DNA of 64,000 nucleotides, from NCBI GenBank assembly GCA_012295275.1, contig CM022672.1, positions 30,690,001 through 30,754,000 on the forward strand. Direction: 5' to 3'. Source of the stretch: Chrysomallon squamiferum. Lineage: Eukaryota > Animalia > Mollusca. A program made the translations under genes and the position numbers. Below, piece by piece: positions 45,094 to 62,178 of the stretch (the first letter of the stretch is position 1; each line of letters starts with the position of its first letter). Below the pieces are notes generated by a model that saw only the letters and a list, made by a program, of their open reading frames with translations, did no database searches and had not been told where the DNA came from.

Positions 45094-48000
45094 AGGTACA
45101 GCAGCAGCAATAATCATGTTGATGACGATGATTATATAAATAAATAAAATAAACTTATATATTTATATAATTCAAAGAAATGCTTTCAGTGCTGTTCTGA
45201 CAGACGTCAAGACATTTGGCAGATATTTTTTCTATTCTTCTTCTTCTTGCAATGTCGATATTTAATACGTCGTAAGAAAAACGATAAGAGAGCTTCGAGT
45301 TCTTCTAATGAATGTTTTTGACAGCTACACTTCAGTCAGAATCTGCCTTATTTTCTTCTTATCAGGTGGCTGATACTATAACTTCCAGTCGCAGTGGAAA
45401 AAAAAAATTCAAGATATAAAAGAAAAGAAAAGAAAAGAAATGAAAACAAAGAAAGAAAAGAAATTAATCCAAAAAAAATAATAATAATAATAAAAAATAA
45501 ACGCTATCACCTTGATAATTTTGTAAACTGTTAATATCCCAATTAGCGCCTCTTTTTTCCAACGGAAATGACTACGTCATCTCTTTTAGCCAGACGTGCG
45601 AATGCAGGGCCTAAAAGTGGGAACAGTGTGTCTGGAAAGGTTTCTGTAGTTAAACCAAAAACACGTCTTCCAACATCGATTTAATGTTGTTCGCTTGTTC
45701 TGCTGTTCGGGCGTAGATAAACCATTTACGTTGTTTGGTCTGACACTTATTCATAAAGGCAGACGACATCGGCGCGTTTCTGTGAAGCCGAACTAAGCAG
45801 TTTTCAAAGCGCGCCAAACGAGACACGTGCAATTAAACCGAACTGGATTAAACCAGACTGGGTAAGTGGAGTCGAAACACATTTCACGACTTTGCTGAAA
45901 AAACATTATTGTTATGCTAAATAGAGAAACGAACGAAGACATGTTTATTTCAAAGTTAGATAAAGAAGAAGCAAATTACGTCAAAAAAAACAAAAAAACA
46001 AAATTAATTAAATTAAAATGAATTAATTAAAAGAAAAAGAAAGAAATTCCTTAATACATGAAACTAAAAGAAAGAAAGAAAGTAGAAAGGAATGCTATAA
46101 TTATTTAAAGATGCCTAGTGCACTTGAATCCAGTATCAAAAAGGAACGAAGAATTTCGTTTTAATTTCAAAGTTTACTTTTTTACTTTTTAAAATTTTAA
46201 ATTTTCAAAAATTAAGGAAACATAAATTTTAATACATCACATAAATAAATAAATAACATGAAAATAAATAAGTAAGTAGCAAAGAAAACAATCTTCCCAA
46301 AACAAACAAACAACGGTTTTGACTTGATACTGACTGTTCAAAAGAACATCGCCAACAACAGAATATTTTTACAGTTAATATGTCTGATATTGAGATTCCA
46401 TTCTTTAACTCCATTTAGTTCAAACCTAACAATGACACACGATCTTTAAACCTTGTGTTTATGGGTATGTACGAGATGACGTCACAATTCCAGTCCTTCA
46501 GAGCTAAAAGGCTGGTGATTTAAAGTTTTCTAACAGTAATATTTTATTGGCATACATTGTAATACGAGATGACAGATAGCTGAAAACACTAACATAATAA
46601 ATTATGAGAATAAAGAATTTCATTATACCATTTACCCAACCGCCACATCATAAAGCATTTATTTCTAAGAGTGCCTCCAAATTTGAAATAAAAAAACATT
46701 AGTAGCAGTAGTAGTAACAGTAGTAGCAGTAGCAACAGCAGTAGTAATTGCAGTAGAACTAGTAGTACCGACAGTAGTAAAAGCAGCAATTCTATAAAAA
46801 TTGCAACAACAGCAGTAATAACATAAGCAGTTGTAGTAGCAGAAGTAACAGTAATAGGAGTAGAAGCAGCAATTTAAACAGTAACTACAGCAGCAACATA
46901 ATAGTAAAACAGCAGCAGCAGTAGTAGAGGTTGGACTTCCCAAACTCGGAATCGCTGGGAGAAACGCCGAGCGGATTAACGGAATTTGCCGACTTTTGGA
47001 ACATTAATATTCATGTAAACTGGATCCTGTAAATGAATTACAATCGTACACTGTCAAAGAGCGAACAACAAACATTTCGCAGAATTTGTACACCGATATT
47101 CTAAAGTCTGAACTATTCAAAAAGAGAAAATAGTAAATAAATAAAATAAAATAAAATAAAATAAAAAAAAAAAAAAAAAAACTAATAAAAGGAAAGAAAG
47201 AAAGAGAAAACAAAAAGAGAGAAAAAACAACTTACTTTACACTTAATTTTTCCGCTTCTTCAGTATCATTTAAAGGGTGATACTATGCTTTTTTTAACTT
47301 TATTTATTTTATTTTATTCTATTCTTTTCTATTTTTATTTTTATTATTATTCTTTTTATTTATTATTATTTATTTATTTTTATATTTTATTTTATTTTTA
47401 TTTTATTTTTTGGAACACGTTTTATAATAATCGGCAGAAAAAAAAAAACGTGAACTGTGACTTTCACCGACTGTCGAAATTTGCTCGGTTCTTGGCCGAG
47501 ATCCGGTTCTTTATAACTTGACACGAGTCTAATGAAACTTGTAAATTTCACCAGTAAAACTGAAACGCAGACGATAATTTTTTCTGCACACTGTTTAGTT
47601 TATATTTAGAAACACATTTTATAAAAGTAATATTTGTTACCAGGGTTGATTTAAAAAAAGAGAGAGAGAACTGTCAATAAATAAATAAATAAATAAATGA
47701 TAATCATATTTTGTAACATTTTCATTTGTGCTTTTAGTAAGCTTCCACGTAATATCATGGCAGCAGGGTCAAAGGTCATTATATTTTTAGAACTTGCACA
47801 TAACGTTTAAAGTCATAATTACTAGAACTGATATCGCAGCTATAATCTGCGGGAGGATAAAAAATGAACTTGCGAAATGTACACGTATTGTAATTTAATA
47901 ATAGAAATTTTATACAAAATTAAAAACTTATTTTTATTTCTTCTAGTATAGTTTATCATCATCATCACTAGGTAATCATGCCGTTACATGCATTAAGCTT

Positions 48001-48134
48001 TTTGCTCTTGTTATGCCTGTAAAGTTCATTAACAGAAGAGTTCTTTATACAAATTATTAACTGTAAAAAGCAAAAATTTCAGTAAAACTGTTTTCTTTTA
48101 AACAGCAATAAAAAATGTATAAACAAATAGAGAA

Positions 48135-48189
<55 letters not shown>

Positions 48190-50610
48190 TAAAATAATAA
48201 TAATAATGACGAGGACAACATTTAATGTTTAATATATAATTAAAATAATGTTAATTAAATAGAATTTTAAAAAAACAAAGTGGTAGAGAAAAAAAACAAA
48301 AAACAACTTACCACACGTTTGTTAACGAGTAATTAAAATATTTATGAGTTTTTATGCTGTCGTTACATGACATTCTCGAACAAAATGAAACGCACATAAA
48401 TCATTTATATGAAGTAATTTTCAGCAGACGTGACATTTTACAAAGTACTTTTGTCAGCTAGAAAATGTATAACTTTGCGCAGTTTGACATCGTTAAAGTA
48501 ATTTTCATCGATTTATTTTATCTAAGACATTATGGATCCCATTTTCCCGCCATCTCTATATTTTTCTTTATTATTATTTATTTTTTTCTTTACATAATTT
48601 TATCTTTTACGAAATTTTAACGATAATAAATGTTTTCTGAATTTGCGTATGCCGAGTGAAAGCTTGAAAAAAAAAAAATAATAATAATAATAATAATAAA
48701 AATTAATGATGATGATAATAAAAATAATTAGAAATGTCTCTTCTTATTAAATATTTTCTTTCATTTAATAACAGTTAATTAGATTTTTCCTTTCCTCGCA
48801 GATATTTATTGTAAGTAAATAACCTGCCATTGAACTAAATCAAATGATATGCATTTATTCCACAATATCAATCTGCTGACTGAAAAGCATTATAATCTTC
48901 TTCTTCTTCTTCATCTTATTATTATTACAATTGTCTTGTTATAATTGTTATGATTTTGTCGTTCTTCTTATTATTATCATCATCGTCATGATGATCATTT
49001 ATTTATTTTTTATTTATGTTGTTAAAATAGAATATTTCATTACGGTACGGGGTGCACCAAAACAAAATGACGTAGCTAAAAAAAAAAAAAAAAAAAATAT
49101 CATCCTTACGTCACAGAACTTTTAAACCACAATGAGTCACTGACTAAACTGGCGAGCTCGGACAGACACATAAAATGGCTGACAATCGAATAAAAGCGAT
49201 TCTTGTGCGTGTCTCCATCCGCCAGTTAGCTGCTTTGCAAGTGCAAAGGCAAATCGTGTTAAACGTGTTCGTTAACCAAATAAGAGAATTCCAAAAGGCA
49301 CCCGAGCCGTTTCAAACGAAATCCGATTATTTTTCAATCGACGTAATTCAATCTTCGGCTTCGAGGCGTCGACGTCATTGATGATGATCCAGCCAGTTAT
49401 TTTACCTACGTAGGGACGTCTCGGTTTTCACACAAAACAGACCACCAGAGGTCAGGCCAGTTCGCAACGCCATCGGAATATTCAATTACATTTTGAGTAA
49501 TCGGAATTGATTCCGAAAAAGCCCGAATTAGGGCTAAGTATTTCTGTTACGCCAATTCGCCGTTGAAAGTCCTTGAGTTGAAGATTGTTTGTATGCAGGA
49601 TGTGACAGTAATTTTAAACCGTGTCGCTATTTACATCGATCTCAGGTCTCCAAATTAGTAAACATTGTAATGAAATCTGTTGTTCACTAACGAAGTAAAG
49701 AACAAAAAAAAAAAAAAAAGAAAAAAAAGAAAAACAAGTTTTAAAAAAATGATAATAAATAAAGGCAAATATAATTAATTCTAAATGCATCTTGATTGGT
49801 GAAAATAATCAAGAAGAAAACATAATAAATAAAACCAGAAACGTTCGCTTTCTAACACATATATATTTTTTTAAAGACAATATGCATGAAAACAAATGGA
49901 AGAAAAATAAAGAAGAACAACAGCAACACTTAAATAAAAATAAATAAGTAAAAAATAATAAATACAATTTAAAAAAAAAACCCCTCAGAACTGTTAGTTT
50001 TAAAGCACACGGACATCAGAGGAAAACACGAAAGAATGAAACAAACGAACAAATATTTTATAAACTGATGAAAAGAGAAACTATAATTAAAGCATATAAT
50101 TACAAATCATTTAATAAACAAATATATAAATAAATAATCAAAATAAGCATCTTAGAAACATGTAGACTGCTGAAAAAGAAAGAAAAAGAAAAGATCTTAA
50201 AAGTATGTATACTGATATGTTTGACGTTACATTTATCAATTGTGTGTGTGTGTGTGTGTAATTCTAGGGTCCAACGCTTTTTTGTTGCAGAACCAATGTT
50301 ACAGTTCAATCAAAATTTGTAGTAACTGATCAAATACCAAAACTGTAATTAGAATTAGCAAAATAATTCTGTCTCCACAAGATGTCGTGACGTCACGAAA
50401 TGGATCAAATGTCACATTACTCTGGCATGGTTTTCTCGTTGCTAGGAGACGCTTTACAAATAATTACAATTTTCTGATTAACGGCAAATATTACGTTCGT
50501 TATTCCAGACACTGATAGCAGTTTTCTGTTAATAGCTCAAGTGTTAAATTACTATATTGTTACTGTAAAGGCAAATTGTTAGTCTACTGTCTCCCTCTCT
50601 CAACATTTTC

Positions 50611-50651
<41 letters not shown>

Positions 50652-50731
50652 CTAAAAAGATTATCTACGTGTAATAATCAACTTTATTACTACTATTACA
50701 TATTTTTAGGATAAAGTCAAACTCGAAACGG

Positions 50732-50809
<78 letters not shown>

Positions 50810-52114
50810 TTTTTTTTACGTTTTTTTTTTTTTTGGGGGCTTTGTGTGTGGTTTTTTTGTTTTTGATCAAATTTACAGGTGCTTTTTTTTTTTATTTTTT
50901 TTTTTTTTTTTTTAGCGATTTTATATTATATATTCTTTTTTTTTTCTTTTTTTTTTTTTTTTTTTTTTTGAAATCTTAGTTGCAACTTGTAATACATGTA
51001 TAGTATACTTTCGGATGCCAAATATTACCTAAACTACAGTGCGGTGGTAAAACTAATGACAGAGGCCGATTTTCATAAATTTATTTCAAAATCAGAACTT
51101 ATTTTTTTCCTTTCAAATGCAGAACACTGTTTCCTTCCCCCCACCCCCTGTCAACAGACGCTACAAAACACGAAGTCGACCAAAAGTTAAGAAGATTTGA
51201 CGGAGCAGACGTCAAAGTTACCACTCGCAAACGTATTTTTTTTTATATCTGTCTGCATTATAAAGTTAAAATTTATATTAAATAAAAATATTTATTTTAC
51301 AATTATCAGCTGAATATGTGTAATGCACGAAGTATTTTTTTTTAAAAACTGAAAATAAATTAAACATTAAATTTCGAATGATCCAGTTTTAACGACAAGC
51401 CTTTTGATAAATTTATAGAGATTCTAACACTGTTAGTGTCAAGGTCACAACTTCCATAATGTCAAAAATCAATGACAGAATATCGCGATTATAAGCTCAG
51501 TAAAATGTTTATAACTTTTCTCACATAATAGCTACTGATACAAATTATACTAAATATGATTATAGATAACAAGCTCTTTTCATTTGAATAGAATCATTTA
51601 TCAATTTAACCATTAAAGTGCATACACATATTGTACGTCATTAAGCATACTAGGATGCACACACAAAACATATATACATCATATTAACTTTTTATAAACT
51701 CGCTTGCTAATCAACAGAAGAATCGTTTCAAAATACAGGATCTCGGAATACTTTGTTTCACGAGTATTGCCGAAACAGATTCCGAAGTGTGACGAAGACA
51801 GTCGAATAATGTGAAAGAAACGCGACTTCGAGGCAGAAACGTTAGTAACGAAAAATCACATTACTTACGCTTTGCACGGAGAATTCTGTTTTTAAAACTT
51901 TCTTTGTCGACAACTTAATTACACGTCCCTTTTGACCTATAACTGTTAAGGTTTCTCTAAAAAGACTTTTATTTCATTCTGGGGTTTTTTGTAGTTTCTG
52001 TGAAGCGCAAAATGTCAGAAAAACACATTAGTTTGTTTCAAGCTTCTTGTCACTATGGTGATTATGTTTATTTCCTGCGTCACACGAAAGAAGTGTAATA
52101 TGGATACAGAAGCT

Positions 52115-52300
52115 GTGAAAAGTAAAATGTTCATTTTATTATATTGTAGGTTATTTAATCATTTCAAATTTGCTGTCTTCTTCATTTTCCAATCAATATG
52201 TGCATACAGTATCCAAACAGTATACAAATAAGACACATATTCTAAGTTTTCTATCGAACTATATGAAAAGTAAAATGTCCTTTAATAATGTTTATTATCA

Positions 52301-52354
<54 letters not shown>

Positions 52355-52505
52355 TATTATTATTACAGGATATTTAATAACTTCAAAATTGCTGTATTTA
52401 GCTTTATTTTAATCCATACTATATAAATGCCAAATATATTATGTTTATATGCAAATGAGATATTTACGTAATTATTCTAGCAAGCTTTGTGAAAAGCAAA
52501 GTGTA
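52115..52505. repeat. Diverged local tandem duplication
   Basis: 'tgaaaagtaaaatgt' at ~52117 and ~52264 (partial at ~52490), each full copy followed by 'agg.tatttaat...ttcaaa.ttgctgt'; the second unit has an expanded (TTA)n. Confidence 0.7.
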
Positions 52506-53075
52506 TTGTTGGTTACTTAAATTCATATTTTCTGTTTTTACCATTTTTTGAATCAATAATATGTATATTACAGTCATTATGTGTATGAAAATTTCTCGTT
52601 TTCATGAATACCTTTATGTCAAGTAATATGTATAATACACAGATAACCATGATAACATGTAAGTTCAAGTCACTATATAGATAGATAGATAGATAGATAG
52701 GTATAGATAGATAGATAGATAGATGGATGGATGGATGGATGGATGGATGGATGGATGGATGGATGGATGGATGGATGGATAGATAGATAGATTGGCAGAT
52801 GTATTGTTCTGCATTACAAATAATCCTGCTTGGAGAATTAAAACCTAGCTCGCCACAATCTGTAAACCCAGAGATGCAGCAACGAGAACGAAATCGAGGC
52901 AGCTGTAAAGAGACACACATTTCAGTCTGTACTTTTTAAACGTCTGTCAACATTATGTACGCCTAGTCTAAGTAACGTGACGTCCTCCTTTTCTTGAGCG
53001 ATTATACTGGAACTCGGGTTTTAGCCTAGTAGAATATGGTAATTGATTCTTTACAACAGAGGACAATAAGTCACT

Positions 53076-53212
<137 letters not shown>

Positions 53213-53967
53213 GTTAAATATTTCTGGGGTAACTCGAGTTGGGGGCGCCAAAATTTTATTATCTGCCTGGCTTAGGTTGCTGCAGGACTTCAGGTCTGTT
53301 TTTAAATTAATTAATTTATTTATTTTACTAACACCTCGGGTCGTTCTGGTGGCTCTGTCGGGTAAATTTCACTTCAAGAGTCAGCTTCGTCACTGTCTTG
53401 AAACCGCTACTTAAAAAGGTTCAAGAACGAATTAATAGCCACCTTGTTTTAACGACTCGTCTGATTTAATCTAGCAATTTCGGTTGTTTCCCCTTAGCGG
53501 AAGGTCGTGCGGAGTTCACGTGACAGGACGGGGCGCCTTCGTCTGCAACCATAAATTACAGGCGAGAAAAACATGCGACCAGAAAGGTAACGCAATTACA
53601 AATGGCTGCGATGACTTCCTGCCTCAATTTGTGCAAAACGCCGTGTTACTATCGACTATCGTGGGAAATTAACAAATCCCCGCGATATACAAGAGTGCAG
53701 GTGAGGTTCAGCCATATTGGAAAACAACTGAGCGTGTTCGATTCTGTGACTAGAAGTAACTTTACCAGTGAAATCATCAATACGTGTTCAAGTAAAATTA
53801 TACGACAACAGCTTAATCATAACGGTTTAATAATAAGTTGTTACTTAATGTGTACCAGAGCAGCAATACTTCTGATAGTGACGATGATTATCAAAATAAA
53901 TAAATAAATAAATACATTATATTAAATAAACGAATTCAAAGATACATAGATAGATAGAGAGAGAGAT

Positions 53968-54014
<47 letters not shown>

Positions 54015-54647
54015 AAGATAGACAGATAGATAGATAGATATGAATAATTAAAGAAACAAAATCGCCACCATCATTACAAGAAGTGATGATAAATGGGCTC
54101 AAGTTACTGGCTAAAACGGGAAATGTATCAAAGGAGACACGTAAAACGATCGATCCTGAATCCTTTGATATTTCAGTTTAACCTCTAAGCTGCATCAAGC
54201 TTCATATAAGAATTTATTATTATATATATATATATATTATATTGTTTTTAATTATTTACGAATTTATTTATTTTTATTATTATTCATTTTTAATTTATTT
54301 ATTTACTCATTTATTGATTTTTATACTATTATTATTTAATTTATTGATTTTTATTATTATTATTATTTTTTTTTTTTATTTTTTTTTTTTTTTTTTTTTA
54401 AATGTGCTCATGCTGATTAAGATGCAGCAAACAGCAAAGAATATTAATGTATTTGTTTTCCAGTTACTTAATTAACGCTGTGCACCATACATCCACATGT
54501 GTATTTAATCAGGATGTTACAACTACGTCTTCGTCGTTGAAGATGTCAGAACGGCGCGTACCGAGTCGCCAGACACACAAGAAGAAAGCCACAAATAAAT
54601 AACACGATTCGAAAGATACAGACTGATGTATGTTTATATACAAAATG

Positions 54648-55358
<711 letters not shown>

Positions 55359-57313
55359 GTTATTACTGGTTATTGTGGTTATTATTGTTTTGTTGTTATT
55401 ATTAATGTCATTGTTATTGTTGCTATTATTGTTATCATTATTATGATTATTGCTATTATTATTAGTATTAGTAGTAGTAGTAGTAGTAGTAGTACTAGTA
55501 GTAGAGTTGTAGTAGCAGTAGCAGTAGTAGTTGTATAAGAACATATTCTTTTTTTTTTTTTTTTTTTTAAATATTATATTTATTATATTAGTATATTATT
55601 ATAAGCTGTCTAAAACTGGATATAAATAAATAAACAAACAAAAACTGTGAAGGTTTATTCATTGTGTTTTTCCACCGAATTGCCCTTTATGTTTATTTCA
55701 TACCAAACATAACATTACACCCGGCAGTTAATAACCTTTAACACTGAAACGTGTCCACACGTCATCAGACACACGTGACGTGATAACTTACTCTGCGTAA
55801 CACAGACAAGACGCGCGGTGTCTGGTTTTGAAAGGAAAATCTTTTTCCTCGTGATATGATTTCTGTAAATTCAACGCGGTTGGAAAAACGTGCAACTTTA
55901 ACAACTAATCTAAAAGCATAATCATGCCCGCTGGATGACTGCTTTTTGATTCCCGTTGTCACGGCAACGAAACCTCCGTAATCATGGCGGTATCTGTAGG
56001 ATATAGATTTGATTTTCGTGAAGAGTCGGGTCTTGTTTCGCTCCTTATGTTACAGTCTGCAGAATAGAATTACGAAATTGCTCGCCGCCGGCGGAATTTA
56101 CCGAACCTGAAAAGTGCAAGTCAGTTTGTCTTTACGGCGATTGGTGCGACCTTCGTTATCAAACTGTTACACCCATTCTTACTGGTTGGCTGTTCATTAC
56201 GGAATTGTTACAATGGTTTTGATTGGTGGGATGTTCATTATGGATATATTTCGTTGGTGATTTATTTGTAACTTATGTGTAATCAAGATATTACTGATGT
56301 GAAGATATTTAAATACCAGACGGAAGATTAATGTCTGAACTATCATTGACTGAATATTGACTGAAACATACAGAACAAGATTGTTGTCATTGTTGTTGCT
56401 GGTAGTGATGTTGTATTTTATTTTATTTCATTCATTCACTCATTCACTCATTTAATTGTTTCTTTAGTTACTTATTGTTGTTGTAGTAACATATACTGTT
56501 GTTGTAGTAACATATACTGTTGCTGAACACTCTGTTGGTGATGTCGATTTATCACTCTCCTATATGTACACACACATACAGAGAGAGAGAGAGAGAGAGA
56601 GAGAGCATTATAAAAAATGAATAATAGGTGTATTAATAATTATAACCATAAAGTTTAAATTTCCATTCTAAACTGCCGTCCATTCAGAAACAACGATTAA
56701 AGAAAATCTCATCTTTCTTGTGCAGGCAATCTCACTGTTTTCCTATTTCATCAACGTGAGCAGAGTCTATCAAGCAATGTCACCTCCGTCATATCACTTC
56801 TCTTTAATGAAGCTTTGATACCGAGCGCTTTTGTCGGACCCGCGGAGAGGCAAATTGGCTTTTGTCCATTAACAGCACTCAAAGAAGCATCAGTGATGAC
56901 TAAACCTCGATAAGGCAGGACAGATCTGAAACCGATAGAAAAGAAACTCGAATAATAAAGCCCGAAATTGGCGAGGATTCCATTATTTGGTACTCTAAAC
57001 ACTGACCCTGTTTGTCAGAGCGAGCGATTGGTTTTTGTGCGTCCCCAGATCGAGGCTGCAATGAATAAATCTCGGGACAGTGATGCCAGTGATTAGGTGC
57101 CGTGCTTACATGCAATAAATCAGCCTTAATAAGAGACATGCTCGTCCCTGATAAGCCAATTGCTTTCGTGGAAAGAGTTTTTACGGTCGAGGCGTGCGCG
57201 TCGGCGCCTCGTATTCATGAAGACAGCGTTGGTGAGATCGGGTTAATGTCGCTGACAACGATGTAGCTCCGATTTCAATAAAGTCGTGTTGCCCGAATTT
57301 TTTTTTTTTTTTT

Positions 57314-57351
<38 letters not shown>

Positions 57352-58818
57352 TATTTTTTGTCGTTTTTTTTTTTTTTTTTTTTTCCACGAATTTATTTTA
57401 AAGACCTTTCCAGACAAGTTTGAATTTTGTTATTTGGGAATCGTTTGAGGTTTATAGCAAATGGCAAATTTCTGCAGTTTATTTTTTTTATTATTTTTTT
57501 TTTTTTTTTAAACTACATGTTTATTCAGCAAATGTGTTTCTTTTACAGATTCTTTCTTCTTTTTTTTTCCTTTTTATTTCACTTTTTATGCCTTCTTTTC
57601 TTTATGCTTGTTTATTTTATTTTATTTTATTTTTTTTTTTTTTTTTTTCTATTTTTTTTATACAAGGGAGAGCAGCCACGCAGCTTGTGTGGGTTATCTG
57701 CGCTCAGGGACGAATACAACTTTTTGTCGCTCCCACTTTAGTTACCCCTGAAATATTTTACGTCTTGCAACTTATTAAGCTCAGAAATAAATTACAAGTT
57801 TTCCCAGGACAGAAATCGTGCTCCAGTATCGTCACCCATTGCTATGCGTCAGTAAAGCAGCTGTACATCAACTCCACTACTGAGAGAGTTTCCACTAAAG
57901 TGCAGTGAGATTTAGAACATTCTCGAAAAACATTCAGTCTGTTTTCCAGCCAGTAATCGACAAATGGCTACAAAACATCGTCAAAGTAATCATTATTATT
58001 ATTATTATTGTTATTGTTATTGATGTTGTTGTTGTTATTTGCGTCAATTTCGATGTTTATCACTTTCAACAAAAACAAAACACAACAAAAAAAAAAAAAA
58101 ACCCTGTTTATCGAGACTATTTAAAATTGCTGTTAACAGATGGATCGATGTTCTGCTTTATCTAACAACGAGTAATCCCTCTTATCTTTAATCTGGATTA
58201 ATGTAATCTCCATAACAAAAGGATTAATTCTTTTTGTAGATATAATTCTGTATATTCTGTTGTTAATAATATTTATTTATAAATGCAATTAGAAGATTAT
58301 AGTTTAATTAGGTGATTGAAGTTAGTGTTCAGAATTAATGTCGTGGGTGGAGAAGCCTAGCCACAACAGTAGTTGTTGTAGTTGTCGTTGTAGTGGTGGT
58401 TGTAATAACAGTCGTAGTAGTAGCAATACTAATAGTAATATCAATTATGATGGTTGTATAGTAATAGAAGCAGCTGTCGTTGTTGTTGTAGTAGTAACAG
58501 TAGCAGCAGCAGTGGCAGTATTAGTAGTAGAAGCAGTACTAGTGGAGTAGTAGTAGTAGTAGTAGTAGCAGTAGTAGTAGTAGTAGAAGAAGAAGTAGCA
58601 GTAATAGAAGTATTAAACTTGTAGCAGAAGTAGTTTTATTTGAGTAGTACGGTAGAATAGCAGAAACAGAAGTAGAGGTAGTAGGACTAATAGTAATATA
58701 CATTTAGTAGTATGGTAGTTGTAGCAGAAGTAGTTGTAGTAGTAGTAGTTGCGGTGGTAGGTTTGGTAGTAGCATTAGTTATAATATTTTCATGTCGACG
58801 GTTGTTAGATTAACAGGT

Positions 58819-58849
<31 letters not shown>

Positions 58850-59154
58850 TCTCTGTTGACAGAAAAAATACTCCAATATGAAACGGCTGCAAGCGATGTT
58901 ATGAAATCGTCGAACAAGAAATGGAATCTGACAATACAAACATAATAACGTTTTTGTTTTGCTTGTTTGTTTGTTCTTGTGTTATTTTTTTTTTTTTTTT
59001 CTCCCCTCCATTAATGGATGACGTCATTTGAAAGATTTTGGCAGACGGATAGTTTAAATAATTTAAATGTACGTAGATTTATTCTGATGCTATTATATTT
59101 TATTTTTTTTACTTCGTTCGCAATTTTCTATTGGTTTGAATCAATCTCTCACCC

Positions 59155-59213
<59 letters not shown>

Positions 59214-59215
<2 letters not shown>

Positions 59216-59525
59216 GATACCGGACCAATTATCCTTGGGGCCTGAGGCATTCCGGTTTTCTGGTACCAAGCATTTAAATATGTAATAATTAGGCATAAAC
59301 ATTTTAAAATTAAAAACATAAACAAAATTGACGATACACAACTGTGGCGACTCGACACGTAAACAATGTGGCGAGTGAATGAACGCCATGTGGCTTGAAA
59401 GAGTAGTTCCTGTCTGGTGAGGACAACACCCGCGCGTGCTAACTATGAAAATAGCGTCAGGAAAAAACTTCCGTTTTTCTGGTCTTTCCGGATTTCAGAA
59501 CTCCGGATAATTGGTCCGGTACCTG
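59214..59525 (-). mobile_element. MITE copy 3 (312 bp), inverted, with two small internal deletions
   Basis: TA|CTGATACCGGACCAATTATCC ... CCGGATAATTGGTCCGGTACCTG|TA; the interior is the reverse complement of copies 1 and 2; inserted within (TAA)n. Confidence 0.92.
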
Positions 59526-59680
59526 TATAATAATAACAACAACAACAATACTAAAAATAATAACAACAAAGGTAATAATAATGATCATGATTATGACTAT
59601 GATGACGATAACATAACAATAACAGTAATAACAGTAATAATGTCTTGTCATAATTATAACACCAATAATAAAAGTATCTT

Positions 59681-59712
<32 letters not shown>

Positions 59713-60037
59713 CAATAATAACAACAATGATATTTCACCAAACTGAAATTCACTGAAATATCGTGGCTTTTTAATCGTGGCAGGTCAAAGGGTCAGCTTT
59801 ATTAATTGCTCCCATTGGACCTTTTATTATTTCAGTCAATTTAGCAAACGGCGTTTTATGTACTTCGCTGTTTGCTGGAAGGTGAACATGAACGATTACT
59901 TTCTGCTAATCAAAAGAGAGTAGGCCTGTTAACAGCGGGCTTCATTCGTCATTGACTGTCGTTTGATTAAGCTGGTGGTAATACACATACATTAATTAGA
60001 TGTAAAAAATCAAAAACAGTATTTTCTAAATTTTTTA

Positions 60038-60143
<106 letters not shown>

Positions 60144-60427
60144 TTTAACTTAGAATTTGTAGATTCAGTTCATTAAACAATAACATGTTCACATACATAC
60201 TGATATAATTTATTCTTTCGATTTTAACCTCTTTAAACTCTAAGAAAAAAAAAATGATGATGATAAAAACCAAAATATACAATAACAACAGTAATAATGA
60301 TGATGATGATGATATATGTTGTCGTTGCTGTTATTGTTTTACCCAAAGGTTGCAGTTTGTCCGAAAGAAGAGTAAATGAAGACGTCTAAACTAGCAATGA
60401 AAAATAATTATTCTTCTTTTTTTCTTT

Positions 60428-60462
<35 letters not shown>

Positions 60463-61781
60463 TTCAAATTGTTGTTGGTGTCATAAACAAAACTGATTTC
60501 TTCCTGTTAATTTCCATATTGGTATCTAGATTAATTCAAACTTTAAAATAAAAAAAAATAATTTAAAAAAACCCCAAACAATTGCAACGATAAAATCAAA
60601 TAAATAAAAATAAAATAAAAAATCAATCGATCAAAATATTTTGAAAGGCGCAGCAGTATTCGTGCCTGACTTGTTTTTCATGATGGCGGAAATTGGTAAT
60701 CGAGACCTAGGTTTCTATTTCCTGACACAAGCGGTTGTTTCAGTGGCTAAGCGTCCGGTAACCGTAAAACGACGATTGCTTTGTGATGCATTGTCCAGTG
60801 TGCCGACACAGGCGCGGTCAAAACTGGACGGCTCGAATTGGCCGTGACAAATTGAAATGTGTCCGTAACTGTCCACTTACAATCAGTTTCCACCTGACAG
60901 CCTCAGTCAAACGGTAAAATATCCGTTACTAATTGTTATTTTTTTTTTTTTTTTTTTTTCTTATTTTACAAAATCACATTTTAGCAAGATGTAGTATCCG
61001 ATCTGTGTTTTTCAGTGGACAGTTTTGGACGCTATATATTTCTTTTATTATTATATTTTTGTTGTTGTTGTTGTTGTTAATTGTAATCATTTCTATAACT
61101 GCCAATACGATTACTACTCTGATAATAATACTGTTACTACTACTACTTTTACTATTGCTCCTACTATTATTGTTATTACTACTACTCCTAATACTATTAC
61201 TATTACTGCTACCAGTATTACTACAGCTACTGTTGCTACAACTACGAATTCTTCTTCTACTACTACTCCTACTACTAATACTACTAATACTACTATTACT
61301 AATGCTAACCTGTTCTTTCTGCTGCTACTGTACTAGTAATACTACTGCTATTACTACTACTACTGCTACTTCAGGACATTATAATTATTTGCTGCTAATT
61401 AATCAAGCTGGAGAAAACGTAATTTTCAAGAAATGGCCAGAATGATACAATTCTCCCTTGCTTACAGTTAAAACTACAAGTGGATTTAGAAGTATCTTTT
61501 AAATCATGAATTGCACAACCTAATTCTGTTTATGTGACTTTTTCTGGCTCCAAGTAACCAAGGGAAACCACAATGGTCCCTGCAGGTCAGAGAAATGTTA
61601 AATAACTGTTAATAAACTGCAGTGTTTATAGCAGTGCAAAGCAGTAAGTCACGTGTACTCTCACAGTTTAGTTCACTGACCTTCGCCTTACTTTGTTATT
61701 TTTACTTTCTCTTTCATATTTTTTTGTATTTTCTTTCTTTTTTTTTTTTTCATTTTACTTTCTTTTCTTTTCTTTTGTAAA

Positions 61782-61839
<58 letters not shown>

Positions 61840-62126
61840 TATGGCGAAAATTTCCTGTTTCTTTTATGTCATTACTTTCCCAGAAAGAAAAAAAAAAGAA
61901 AAAAAGAAAAAAAAAAGAAAGAAAGAACAGAAAAAGAAATTCTTAGATTCTTCTTTTCTTTTTTCTTCTTTTTTTCTTCTTCATTTTAAGTTGTTATTTT
62001 GACTTTTTTCTTTTTATTTCCTTCTTCTTTTTTTCTTTCTTTTATTTTTAAAATGACGAAAGTAATAAGCGGATGTTTCCCTTTTTAAATTTTATTTATT
62101 TTTTCTTTTTCTTATTTTATTTTTAT

Positions 62127-62178
<52 letters not shown>

